DNA from: Candidatus Berkelbacteria bacterium
GTDB taxonomy: Bacteria > Patescibacteriota > UBA1384 > XYA2-FULL-43-10 > CAINNR01
Assembly: GCA_037142675.1 (NCBI GenBank)
Contig: JBAXAF010000004.1
Span: 326 to 64,325 of the forward strand
Direction: 5' to 3'
Length of the DNA: 64,000 nucleotides
Shown here: positions 1 to 8,002 of the stretch, piece by piece
How positions within the stretch are numbered: position 1 is the stretch's first letter
How the letters are laid out: each line of letters starts with the position of its first letter
Made by a program: the position numbers and the translations under genes
Notes under the pieces: model-generated
Databases searched by the model: none
What the model was told of the DNA's origin: nothing
Seen by the model: only the letters and a program-made list of their open reading frames with translations

Positions 1-755
1 TGTAGGTCATCGCGGTGCGGACCTGATGTTGTTAGCCCGGCGGCAATATCAATTCCCCTTTTAGCATTTAATTTGGCTGCAAAATCCCCTTCAGCTTTGG
101 CGTGATAAATTAGGTCAATCAGAGAATTTTTCTGGCCGGAAATTGTTTGATAAAAACCAGAAATCAAGCCAGCAAAATCTTCTACCGCCGCCTTTCTACT
201 GTTGGTGATAATTTCGGCTGTGGTTACCATTTCCGCATCCCAAAAATCAAGCTGATCCTCGGCAGCCCGCCCATCAGCGATCAACTTCAAAAGATTGTTT
301 CTTTGGGACAGAATCTTTTTGTAGTCCTGCAGCGCACGTAAATATTTATGATCTTTTTGCGATATAACAATATCTAAAAAACGTCGTCGCTCCTTTGGGT
401 CCCCTATTATTATTTCTAAACTCTCGGGCGAAAAGACAACTGATGGTAGGAGCCCAACAAAATCAGCAACCTTGCGCTTAATACCCCTTTCCTTAACCTG
501 AAAAACCAACCTCGGGGTTCGCTGAATAAAAATTTCGAGATCATCGCCAACAATTCTTGCGTAATCATTGTCAAATTTTATCATTTCGAGTCGGTTGTCA
601 CCACGGAAAGAACGGCACGAGGACAACGCCCCAATTGATTCCAAAATATTGGTCTTCCCTATCCCGTTTTTACCAATTAAAACAGTAATCTCCGATAATT
701 CGAGTTCAAAATTGGAGTGATTGCGATAATTTGTAAGAGACAAATGCTTAAGCAT
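1..755 (-). CDS. recF: DNA replication/repair protein RecF (5' part; runs off window start)
   Basis: Manual translation from ATG at 755: MLKHLSLTNYRNHSNFELELSEITVLIGKNGIGKTNILESIGALSSCRSFR (Walker A GxNGxGKTN, SFR motif); directly downstream of dnaN. Absent from the ORF track because there is no stop in the window. Confidence 0.93.
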   Translation of the reverse strand, partial: MLKHLSLTNYRNHSNFELELSEITVLIGKNGIGKTNILESIGALSSCRSFRGDNRLEMIKFDNDYARIVGDDLEIFIQRTPRLVFQVKERGIKRKVADFVGLLPSVVFSPESLEIIIGDPKERRRFLDIVISQKDHKYLRALQDYKKILSQRNNLLKLIADGRAAEDQLDFWDAEMVTTAEIITNSRKAAVEDFAGLISGFYQTISGQKNSLIDLIYHAKAEGDFAAKLNAKRGIDIAAGLTTSGPHRDDL

Positions 756-761
756 AATATA

Positions 762-890
762 CAAAATCCTAAATTCTAATATTTAAACTCTAGACAATTT
801 TCAAAATTCAAATTTCTTAATGTTTTAAACATTTGAACATTTGGTAATTAGAACTTGTTTAGGGTTTCGAATTTCGTGTTTAGAGTTTTT
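762..890. repeat. AT-rich imperfect palindromic intergenic repeat (family A)
   Basis: AAATCCTAAATTCTAA...TTTAGAGTTT arms; related copies near 12083, 20575, 29690, 38757, 40925 and 42105. Confidence 0.75.
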
Positions 891-1997
891 TTACTCTTCG
901 ACGCGGAGTGGCATAATAATATAAACGAAATCCTTAGACTTTTCAGGCCGAATTACGCCAGCCGAGAACCTATCATTGACCTCGAATACCAGCTTCTTAT
1001 CAGGCAAAACCTGCAAAATGTCACCGATATATTTAGCGTTAAATGTTATTTCCTCTGAGTCAACTGACACTGTTGCTGGAACTTTAGAGATATTGTCCCC
1101 CACCTGATCTGCAACTGATGTTATTGTGACTTCTGGCCCCTCAAAACGTATCTTAACGTTATTGCCACCTTGGCGCGCAAATAGCGATGCCATTTTGATT
1201 GCCGATGAAAACTCTTTAACCTCAATCTCTGCCGCCGACTTAAAGGCAGAAGGAATAATTTGTTTATAGTTAGGGAAAGAGCCCTCAATAAGCCTTGAAA
1301 CAACCTGAGTATCCCCTATGGTAAACGAAACCTGGTTGTCAGTTGCAGAGATTCCAACTTTTTCCAATCCTGAAGCAGCGGCGGTAATGCGTAAAATTTC
1401 CTGCATTGTTCTGGCTGGAACTATAAATTCTTTTTCGACATCTGACCCTGGTATACTAATTTTCTTTTCCGCCAATCGATAGCTATCGGTGGCGACTAGA
1501 TATAGAAAATCCTTTTCAAATTTAAAGTAAATGCCAGACAAAACGGGTCTAGTATCGTCTGTGGCGCAGGCGACTACAACCTCGGAGATTGCTTGCGTAA
1601 AATCTCCGGTGGCAAGATCAATTAATGAATCTTTAGAGATGTCGGGTAAAACGGGATATTCAGAGGAATCAATTCCTTTAATATTAGCCTCATACCTGGC
1701 ACTCTTCAGGTGCATAGTGGTCGCTTTTGATTCCAGATCCAAGCTTTCATCTGAGTTGGCGGCAATGAAGTCTGATATTAACCTGGCTGGAACAGTTAGC
1801 GCGCCCTCCTCGTCAACCTTAGCACCAATGGAGGTTGTCACACCAATCTCAAGGTCGGTGGCCGATAATTTTAATTGCCCATCCTTAGCCTCTAAGTAGA
1901 TATTCGACAAAACAGGCAAAGTTGTCCGGGTCCCAACGATTCTAGAAACGATTGAAAGGCCCTTGTTTAGGTTGGCCTGCGTACATGATATTTTCAT
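891..1997 (-). CDS. dnaN: DNA polymerase III beta sliding clamp
   Basis: LSATDLEIG, VATDSYRLA, RLIEGSFPNY, C-terminal IMPLR; next to dnaA. Confidence 0.98.
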   Translation of the reverse strand: MKISCTQANLNKGLSIVSRIVGTRTTLPVLSNIYLEAKDGQLKLSATDLEIGVTTSIGAKVDEEGALTVPARLISDFIAANSDESLDLESKATTMHLKSARYEANIKGIDSSEYPVLPDISKDSLIDLATGDFTQAISEVVVACATDDTRPVLSGIYFKFEKDFLYLVATDSYRLAEKKISIPGSDVEKEFIVPARTMQEILRITAAASGLEKVGISATDNQVSFTIGDTQVVSRLIEGSFPNYKQIIPSAFKSAAEIEVKEFSSAIKMASLFARQGGNNVKIRFEGPEVTITSVADQVGDNISKVPATVSVDSEEITFNAKYIGDILQVLPDKKLVFEVNDRFSAGVIRPEKSKDFVYIIMPLRVEE

Positions 1998-2039
1998 ATT
2001 TCTCCTTAGATTTAACAGACTAAATATTTAAGATAAAAA

Positions 2040-2430
2040 TTTAATAAATTTGTTTTAGTTTTTGTTTTAAATCACTAAATTTTTGTCTATTATTTGACCC
2101 ATCCTGTGAATAACTTTTGGTTCAAATTACAACTGATTTCCTTCTCAAAACCGTCTAAATTATTGGCACTTATCCACAGCCCTGTTGATAACTTCTGGGC
2201 TTTTCCACAGGATTGTAATTTGAACCGTTTTTCATTATTGATGGTGCAGAAGTTATCCACAACATACCAGGTAATTCACAGGTTTATCCACTTTTTTATT
2301 AACAGGTTGTTCTACTAAATTACCTACTATTCTATATTGCTTATCTGGTTATCCCCATTATTCACAGCCCTTATTATTATGATTGTTAGTTATTTAAAGT
2401 TTATAACTTATAAAGATGGGCTGTGAATAA
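2040..2430. promoter_or_regulatory. oriC: Replication origin oriC (DnaA-box cluster with AT-rich flank)
   Basis: TTATCCACA at 2170 and 2253; variants at 2105, 2183, 2201, 2272, 2284, 2296, 2349, 2358 and 2422; AT-rich tract at ~2010-2095; lies between dnaA and dnaN. Confidence 0.85.
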
Positions 2431-3816
2431 CTATTCGAATATCATCTCTTTAAGCATTTCAACCTCATCTTTAAATTGTTTGGAATTACCCATATCCTTA
2501 TTAACAGCCTTACAACCATGCATAATTGTAGTATGATCCTTCCCTCCTAATTCACGCCCAACCTCAGGAAAGGATAATCCAACAATATTATAAAGAATAT
2601 ACATTGCAACATGACGAGGTTTAATAACTTCCTTATTTCGTTTGGATGAGACTATATCATCAATTGATATGTTGTAGAATTTTTGTATAGTTTTTAAAAC
2701 TTTTTCAGCTGAAACAACCTGTCTTTTTGTGCTGTGTGAAACCTCGCTAGAGAGCAGTTTTTCAACAACGGCCATTGATGGTTTTTCATTAATAAGATCC
2801 ATGTGGGCAAAAAGTTTATTTAGAGTTCCTTCTAATTCACGAATGCTTGAACTAATATTTTTTGCAATAAATTCCAGAATTTCATTATCAATATTCTTTT
2901 TATGTTCCTGGCACTTCATTTTAAGTATAGCCAATCTCATTTCATAGTCCGGTAATTGAATATCAGCCACCATGCCCCACTCAAAGCGGCTAATCAAGCG
3001 TTTTTCCAATCCTTTAATCTCTTTCGGTGGACGATCAGAAGTAAGAATAATTTGTTTATTTTTCTGATGGAGGTGGTTAAAGGTGTGAAAAAATTCCTCT
3101 TTAGTACCTTCTTTATTGCCCAAAAACTGCACATCATCAACAATTAAAATATCAATATTGCGATAGCGATCTTTAAATTCCTTAGCCTTGCCGCCACGGA
3201 CAGAATCAATATAGTCATTGGTAAATGTTTCACAGGAGACATAAACCACTTTGGTTTTCGGTTTTTGACTAATGGCATAGTTTCCGATTGCTTGCGCCAA
3301 GTGAGTTTTCCCCAGGCCCGGATCGCCATAAATAAAGAGGGGATTATAACTTTTTCCCGGTTTCTGCGCCGATGCTTGAGCAGCAGCATTGGCCAACTGA
3401 TTTGATGAGCCGACTATAAAATTTTCAAAAGTGTAACTGTTCTTCAGGTAGCCATTTTCTTTGTTATCCACAGGCATCTCGTAGTCAGTATTTTCACTCG
3501 AGTTATCCACAGGCCTGTGAATAACTACTGGTACGTCGGTTGGTTTTTCGGCTTTTGTGGAAGTGGACGCGACTTTAAATTTTATCTCCTCAATAGGCTC
3601 CTTGAGCTGCTTTGTTAAAGCATTTTTGATTTCCTTAACATAATGTTTTCGAAGGTAGTCTTCGATAAAAAAAGATGGCACTCCGACTGTAAAAACGCCC
3701 TTTTTGAAGTCCAAAATAAACGTGCCGGCAAACCACGTTTGAAAGTTAGCTTTAGAAATTACCACCTCTAACTCCCCAAGAGCAACTGACCAGATTTTCT
3801 GTAGATCTTTCTCCAT
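2431..3816 (-). CDS. dnaA: Chromosomal replication initiator DnaA (resident copy)
   Basis: YNPLFIYGDPGLGKTHL, DDVQFL, EEFFHTFN, GGKDHTTIMH; start placed at ATG 3816 (MEKDLQ) behind a GAGGAG SD. Confidence 0.98.
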   Translation of the reverse strand: MEKDLQKIWSVALGELEVVISKANFQTWFAGTFILDFKKGVFTVGVPSFFIEDYLRKHYVKEIKNALTKQLKEPIEEIKFKVASTSTKAEKPTDVPVVIHRPVDNSSENTDYEMPVDNKENGYLKNSYTFENFIVGSSNQLANAAAQASAQKPGKSYNPLFIYGDPGLGKTHLAQAIGNYAISQKPKTKVVYVSCETFTNDYIDSVRGGKAKEFKDRYRNIDILIVDDVQFLGNKEGTKEEFFHTFNHLHQKNKQIILTSDRPPKEIKGLEKRLISRFEWGMVADIQLPDYEMRLAILKMKCQEHKKNIDNEILEFIAKNISSSIRELEGTLNKLFAHMDLINEKPSMAVVEKLLSSEVSHSTKRQVVSAEKVLKTIQKFYNISIDDIVSSKRNKEVIKPRHVAMYILYNIVGLSFPEVGRELGGKDHTTIMHGCKAVNKDMGNSKQFKDEVEMLKEMIFE

Positions 3817-4040
3817 TTCGCTCCTCAAAATTACTGTACTAAAAACATAGCAAGTTATCCACAGGGGGTGCAAGCACCCCAACTAAAAACTAATAACTAA
3901 AAACTAATAACTAAAGAATTGGAGCGACTATTTTCATTATAATAGTTGATTTTCGCATACGCTTGTGTTACACTCTTTCAGTATCGAATAGATTCGAACT
4001 CCACAACTATTCGTTATTCACTATTAGTTATTCGTTATCA

Positions 4041-4178
4041 ATGAAGCGAACTTACCAACCAAACAATCGAAGACGACACAAAAACCACGGCTTTCTAACA
4101 AGAATGAAATCAGCCGATGGTGCTAATGTTATTGCAAGACGAAGAAAAAAGGGCCGCAAGAAATTAAGCGTAGCCTAA
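4041..4178 (+). CDS. rpmH: 50S ribosomal protein L34
   Basis: [22 protein letters not shown]...[13 protein letters not shown]; divergent from dnaA. Confidence 0.97.
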   Translation: MKRTYQPNNRRRHKNHGFLTRMKSADGANVIARRRKKGRKKLSVA

Positions 4179-4210
4179 ATTAGCTAACAGCTGTCAGCTA
4201 TTAGCTTTCA

Positions 4211-4232
4211 AGAGCCGTAAGGCTCTTTTTTG
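4211..4232 (+). terminator. Intrinsic terminator after rpmH
   Basis: AGAGCC-GTAA-GGCTCT followed by a T run. Confidence 0.8.
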
Positions 4233-4402
4233 TTTTGTTTGGTATAAAATATCCACAGCATGAAGCTGTGTTATTTTTTAACGCTTTGTTTCATTTCTGT
4301 TTCTACCAGAAATGTTACTATTGGTCGCTCAATCATGGGTGGGTAGTCATGACTTTCACTTTCTTGTTATAATCTAGAAAACAACTAACATTTGGAGGCA
4401 AT

Positions 4403-4597
4403 ATGCCAGGAATCGAAAGTGGTCAAGGTGTTTATGGTAGCGATGTTACTCGGGAAGAAAATAAAGATTGGGCAGCAGGCAAAGGGGCCGAAGCAAATGC
4501 AAATGCAAATGAGTTGGCTAAGGGGTTGGGCAGGGAGAATCCTATTGCTCCAGAAGGACCAACACAGGATGAAGAGAGGTTGGATAAAGTCGCCTAA
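4403..4597 (+). CDS. Small acidic hypothetical protein (64 aa)
   Basis: GGAGG SD before ATG, TATAAT upstream, hairpin plus T terminator at ~4619-4640. Confidence 0.6.
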   Translation: MPGIESGQGVYGSDVTREENKDWAAGKGAEANANANELAKGLGRENPIAPEGPTQDEERLDKVA

Positions 4598-4698
4598 ATT
4601 AATAAGAAAATCAAAACTGAGCTCACCGGAGCTCTTTTTTGATTGACAAAGAATGCTAAATCGTATATATTCAACGCGCATTAACCGAGCTTATGTGA

Positions 4699-5304
4699 GT
4701 GAGGTGCAAGGCTGTGGATTACCGTACCGCCATAGGCGTAGCTGCTGGCGCGATGATTCTGGCCGGGTATGCTGTATATATCATCGGGATGTTGCGTTCG
4801 GAGGGTAGCCCCCGGCCGGTGACGTGGAGCATCTGGGCGCTAACGGACCTGGCTATTCTTGGCAGCTTCTTGGTCAGCGGAGCTCATAGTGTCGGATGGA
4901 TGCAGTTGGGCACGACCGCCGGAAATGTGGCGGTCACAATTCTTTCGATAAGACGGGGGTTGTTTAGAGTCGGGCGGATTGATGTGGCATGCTTTCTGCT
5001 TGCATTTGCTGCAATCACTGCCCTTGTGATGTTTCATGACCCCGCAGCCACGCTTCTCTTCGGGTTAGCTTCAAAAACAATAGGCTTCATCCCAACAGGA
5101 CTGAAGTTGTGGTTCGCGATGAAGAACTTCAGGGCAGGTGATAGGGAGTTCTGGCCAACGTGGACGCTCTGGGCTGCTGCGGACATGGCAAGCATCTTCG
5201 CGGTTCAACATTTTGTGTCCATTGAGACGCTGGTCCCTGTGCAGTATAGTGCTCAATGCCTTCTAGTGCTTTATCTGAACAGCAAGATCCCCAAGTCCCC
5301 GTGA
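4699..5304 (+). CDS. Multi-pass membrane protein with two TWxxW-containing halves (PQ-loop-like architecture)
   Basis: About 6-7 hydrophobic segments; PVTWSIW and PTWTLW repeats; TTGACA promoter at 4643; start may be GTG 4714. Confidence 0.7.
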   Translation: MRCKAVDYRTAIGVAAGAMILAGYAVYIIGMLRSEGSPRPVTWSIWALTDLAILGSFLVSGAHSVGWMQLGTTAGNVAVTILSIRRGLFRVGRIDVACFLLAFAAITALVMFHDPAATLLFGLASKTIGFIPTGLKLWFAMKNFRAGDREFWPTWTLWAAADMASIFAVQHFVSIETLVPVQYSAQCLLVLYLNSKIPKSP

Positions 5305-5333
5305 CAAACGGGGCTTTTTTTATTGACTCACGA

Positions 5334-5362
5334 TTGACAAAGTATATACTTTTTGCTATAAT
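5334..5362 (+). promoter_or_regulatory. Consensus sigma70 promoter
   Basis: TTGACA-17 nt-TATAAT with an extended -10 TG. Confidence 0.85.
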
Positions 5363-5432
5363 GCTCGTACACAGTAACGCGTAAATAGGCCGGGCCTGGG
5401 GGCCATCACAATTCCCAGCAGAGGACATAGAA

Positions 5433-6044
5433 ATGCCCAAGAGTCTCCGCGTCGTTCTGGTGGTTGTTGTGATGGTCCTGGCTAGCATGGCTGCGCACGC
5501 TGACGGCACGCTGTTCCAGCGCTTGGACATGGCTCGGGGCGCCGGGCCTTCGTTGACCACCGCTTGGCTCGATTCCTCGGGCCTCGAGTTGTGGTCGTTC
5601 TGCCAGCCGGACTTCCCGATGTACGAGTTGGGCAAGCTCTGGCCGGTCAAGGCCGACGAGGGCGACACCTTGCTTCTGGGAGGGTATGTCAGTTGGTGGG
5701 ACAAGGTCGACCAAGTCTTCCTGGAACCGTTCTGGGTGTACAACCACCCGCTTGACGGCGACTGGAAGATGGAAACCGGAGGTGGGGCTTACGTCCCTCT
5801 GAACGGTGGGCCCTGGGTCTTCTATACGTCCCAGGTGGCTCTGTCTCACCACGTGAGCAAGAACGTGCGCGCCGGGATCGCTGCCACCAACTGGTGGCAG
5901 GAAGGTGTCGGCAACAGTATCGCCATCGGTCCGAAGCTGAAGATCAGCGCTGGAGACACGTCGTGGCTGCTGCGTTACACCTTCGGTGTAGCCGGTGGAG
6001 CGCCCGATACCGCCCGCGTCGAGCTCAGCATCAAGCTGGACTGA
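5433..6044 (+). CDS. Exported beta-strand-rich protein (beta-barrel-like), GC-rich
   Basis: Signal peptide ending AHA; aromatic/Gly-rich amphipathic strands; GAGGA SD; terminator at ~6073-6107; shares GAYxPLN with 7081..7674. Confidence 0.75.
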   Translation: MPKSLRVVLVVVVMVLASMAAHADGTLFQRLDMARGAGPSLTTAWLDSSGLELWSFCQPDFPMYELGKLWPVKADEGDTLLLGGYVSWWDKVDQVFLEPFWVYNHPLDGDWKMETGGGAYVPLNGGPWVFYTSQVALSHHVSKNVRAGIAATNWWQEGVGNSIAIGPKLKISAGDTSWLLRYTFGVAGGAPDTARVELSIKLD

Positions 6045-6118
6045 TGCTGAACACTGAGCAATGAACGAGTACAAGCGTCTGGCCGACTTCTGGTCAGGCG
6101 CTTTTTTAATTCAAATAA

Positions 6119-6907
6119 TTATTTCAGGTGATCCCAAATAAAATAAAACACAGCTCGCCAAGAATCGGCGATGTTTTTGTTTTCGTGAATCGACATATTC
6201 GAGTTCTTGTAGTCAAAGAGGACAAAAAGGTTATTGAAAATAACTATTGGTGCGGGAAACTCCTCTTTGTTAGGCATGTATTTAAGATTCGCAGGAGGTA
6301 AATTAAATCTTTCGACAATATAAGGATTGCGGATGTGTTCTTCAGGCGTTTTTCCGCGCTGACTTTTAGGTAAGATAGCTAGAATATTTACATCAAGCTT
6401 TTCAGCGGGCCTAACAAATTGTTTGAGAATTGGGTTTGATTCTGAGACAGTTTTGTACGAGTTCCCAAATATTAATACTTTGTTAAGTGGGGGTTTAAGC
6501 TCGGCGAATAATTGATAAAGTCGATCATAAAACTTTGTTATTTCATCAATTCCTCGATAATACTCCGTAATAGTTTGGCTTGTCACTCGATTATACTGTT
6601 CATCTATTTTTGGCAGTATTGAGCTAAGTTCCTGCTTTTTATTTGCCAATATTGACTCAAAAACAGACGGATCGGCGGGTTGATAAAGCGTTCTCTTGCC
6701 CTGCTCAATTGACAAGAGTAGTTTTTTTGAGATCAATCGATCGACATAATAATAAACAGCAGTTCTCTCAACGCCAGCGTTACGAGCTATCTCTGAAAAC
6801 GTTGCTTTGCCAAGTTCAACGGACGACAAATAAACCAAGACCTCAATTCGTTCTAGGCCAAGAGCTATCAACGGTTCGATGTCTTTTGAAGTGTCAAAAT
6901 ATTTCAC
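6119..6907 (-). CDS. TrmB-family transcriptional regulator (1 of 6)
   Basis: LGL..E..VYL...ELG...SEIARNAGVERTAVYY winged HTH plus C-terminal effector-type domain. Confidence 0.88.
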   Translation of the reverse strand: MKYFDTSKDIEPLIALGLERIEVLVYLSSVELGKATFSEIARNAGVERTAVYYYVDRLISKKLLLSIEQGKRTLYQPADPSVFESILANKKQELSSILPKIDEQYNRVTSQTITEYYRGIDEITKFYDRLYQLFAELKPPLNKVLIFGNSYKTVSESNPILKQFVRPAEKLDVNILAILPKSQRGKTPEEHIRNPYIVERFNLPPANLKYMPNKEEFPAPIVIFNNLFVLFDYKNSNMSIHENKNIADSWRAVFYFIWDHLK

Positions 6908-7080
6908 ATATCTATTATATCAATACTCCAAAACATGTCAAATATTTGGCAATAGTGTCTAAAGCATTGACTAAAATAAGAATAAATGATACAATTCGGC
7001 GTTATGCTGAAGTCTCGGATTTTGGCATAAGGCAAAAAACACAAGGCTGGTTTGGTGCCTAACCAAACGGAGATAAATAG

Positions 7081-7674
7081 ATGATTAAGTTTCGCAACGC
7101 TGTTCTGGTGATGGTTGTGCTGGCGGATGTTTGCTCGGGTGTGCTGGCGCAAAGCGCCTTCATCCGCACTGAGGGTGCAGATGGTAAGGCACCGATGCAA
7201 ACGTTTGCCGCATGGGACGATACGTACGAAATCTGGCTCCAATCGTTCAACACCGATAGCTTCACTATTAGGGGTGGACCGCTCCAGAAGCTAGACAACG
7301 GGATGAAGTTGTCTGAGTGTTTGGCATGGACACCCAAAACTGGCGCGCTGGCGGTTAATGTCAACACCGGCAATGCCACGGTCTGCCAGAAGAGCAAGAC
7401 GTTCTGGGAGCTGGGCGCATATGCTCCGTTGAACGACGCGTCGAGTTGGGCGCTGGTGCTGTACGACGCTCGCCTCCTTGCACGGCTAACGCCCGAGCTG
7501 GCAATTGGTCCAGTCGCCTACGGCAAGTGGAGCGAGGGCGCCGGAAACGACTTCCTCTCCGCTGGCGTCGCCGTTGAGTACCGTGTGAAGGGCGGCTGTT
7601 TCTACGGCCGCTTGGCACGGAATCTCGTGTCTGATAAGAACGAGTTCCGGCTTCAATACGCCTTTGGCTTCTAG
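7081..7674 (+). CDS. Exported beta-strand-rich protein (beta-barrel-like), paralog of 5433..6044
   Basis: Signal peptide (VLA/Q); ends RLQYAFGF; promoter TTGACT-17-TACAAT at 6967-6995; terminator at ~7697-7729. Confidence 0.75.
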   Translation: MIKFRNAVLVMVVLADVCSGVLAQSAFIRTEGADGKAPMQTFAAWDDTYEIWLQSFNTDSFTIRGGPLQKLDNGMKLSECLAWTPKTGALAVNVNTGNATVCQKSKTFWELGAYAPLNDASSWALVLYDARLLARLTPELAIGPVAYGKWSEGAGNDFLSAGVAVEYRVKGGCFYGRLARNLVSDKNEFRLQYAFGF

Positions 7675-7747
7675 CCAACACAAGAACATCAATGCAAGCG
7701 CTGGGCCTTCGGGTCTGGCGCCTTTTTTTGTCCAAATTATGTAACCC

Positions 7748-7776
7748 TTGACAAACAAATATCACTAGGTTATAAT
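7748..7776 (+). promoter_or_regulatory. Consensus sigma70 promoter
   Basis: TTGACA-17 nt-TATAAT. Confidence 0.85.
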
Positions 7777-7785
7777 TGCTCTACT

Positions 7786-7899
7786 ATGGAATTCATACAT
7801 ATACAATCCATGCTCGGATACAAAATCAACCCAACTTTTCGTTGGGCCACCTTTAGTTTGTCTAACCGAGCTGATTCCTCATTTCATTATATAACGTGA
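7786..7899 (+). CDS. Putative 37-aa leader peptide upstream of the MFS gene
   Basis: MEFIHIQSMLGYKINPTFRWATFSLSNRADSSFHYIT*, starting ~10 nt after the -10 box and followed by a terminator. Confidence 0.4.
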   Translation: MEFIHIQSMLGYKINPTFRWATFSLSNRADSSFHYIT

Positions 7900-7927
7900 T
7901 TTTTTAGAACTCATATATAACTTGAAG

Positions 7928-7964
7928 AACGTCTTGGTTAGCTAGACCAAGGCGTTTTTGTTTT
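7928..7964 (+). terminator. Terminator/attenuator in the MFS leader
   Basis: AACGTCTTGGT...ACCAAGGCGTT stem followed by TTTGTTTT. Confidence 0.7.
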
Positions 7965-8002
7965 AGCTATGTTCGTACACAATTTGAAAGGAAGTGAGAA
8001 AG

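Noticed and set aside
3817-4040. N-terminal extensions of DnaA (from 3882) and L34 (from 3963) in the ORF track
   Set aside because: The extensions cross promoter, DnaA-box and heptamer-repeat DNA; conserved N-termini begin at 3816 and 4041.
5129-6074. Long antisense ORFs over GC-rich genes (5129..5743, 5406..6074; likewise 15547..16134, 35109..35801, 36853..37377)
   Set aside because: Shadow frames of better-supported genes that have SD, promoter, terminator or family motifs.
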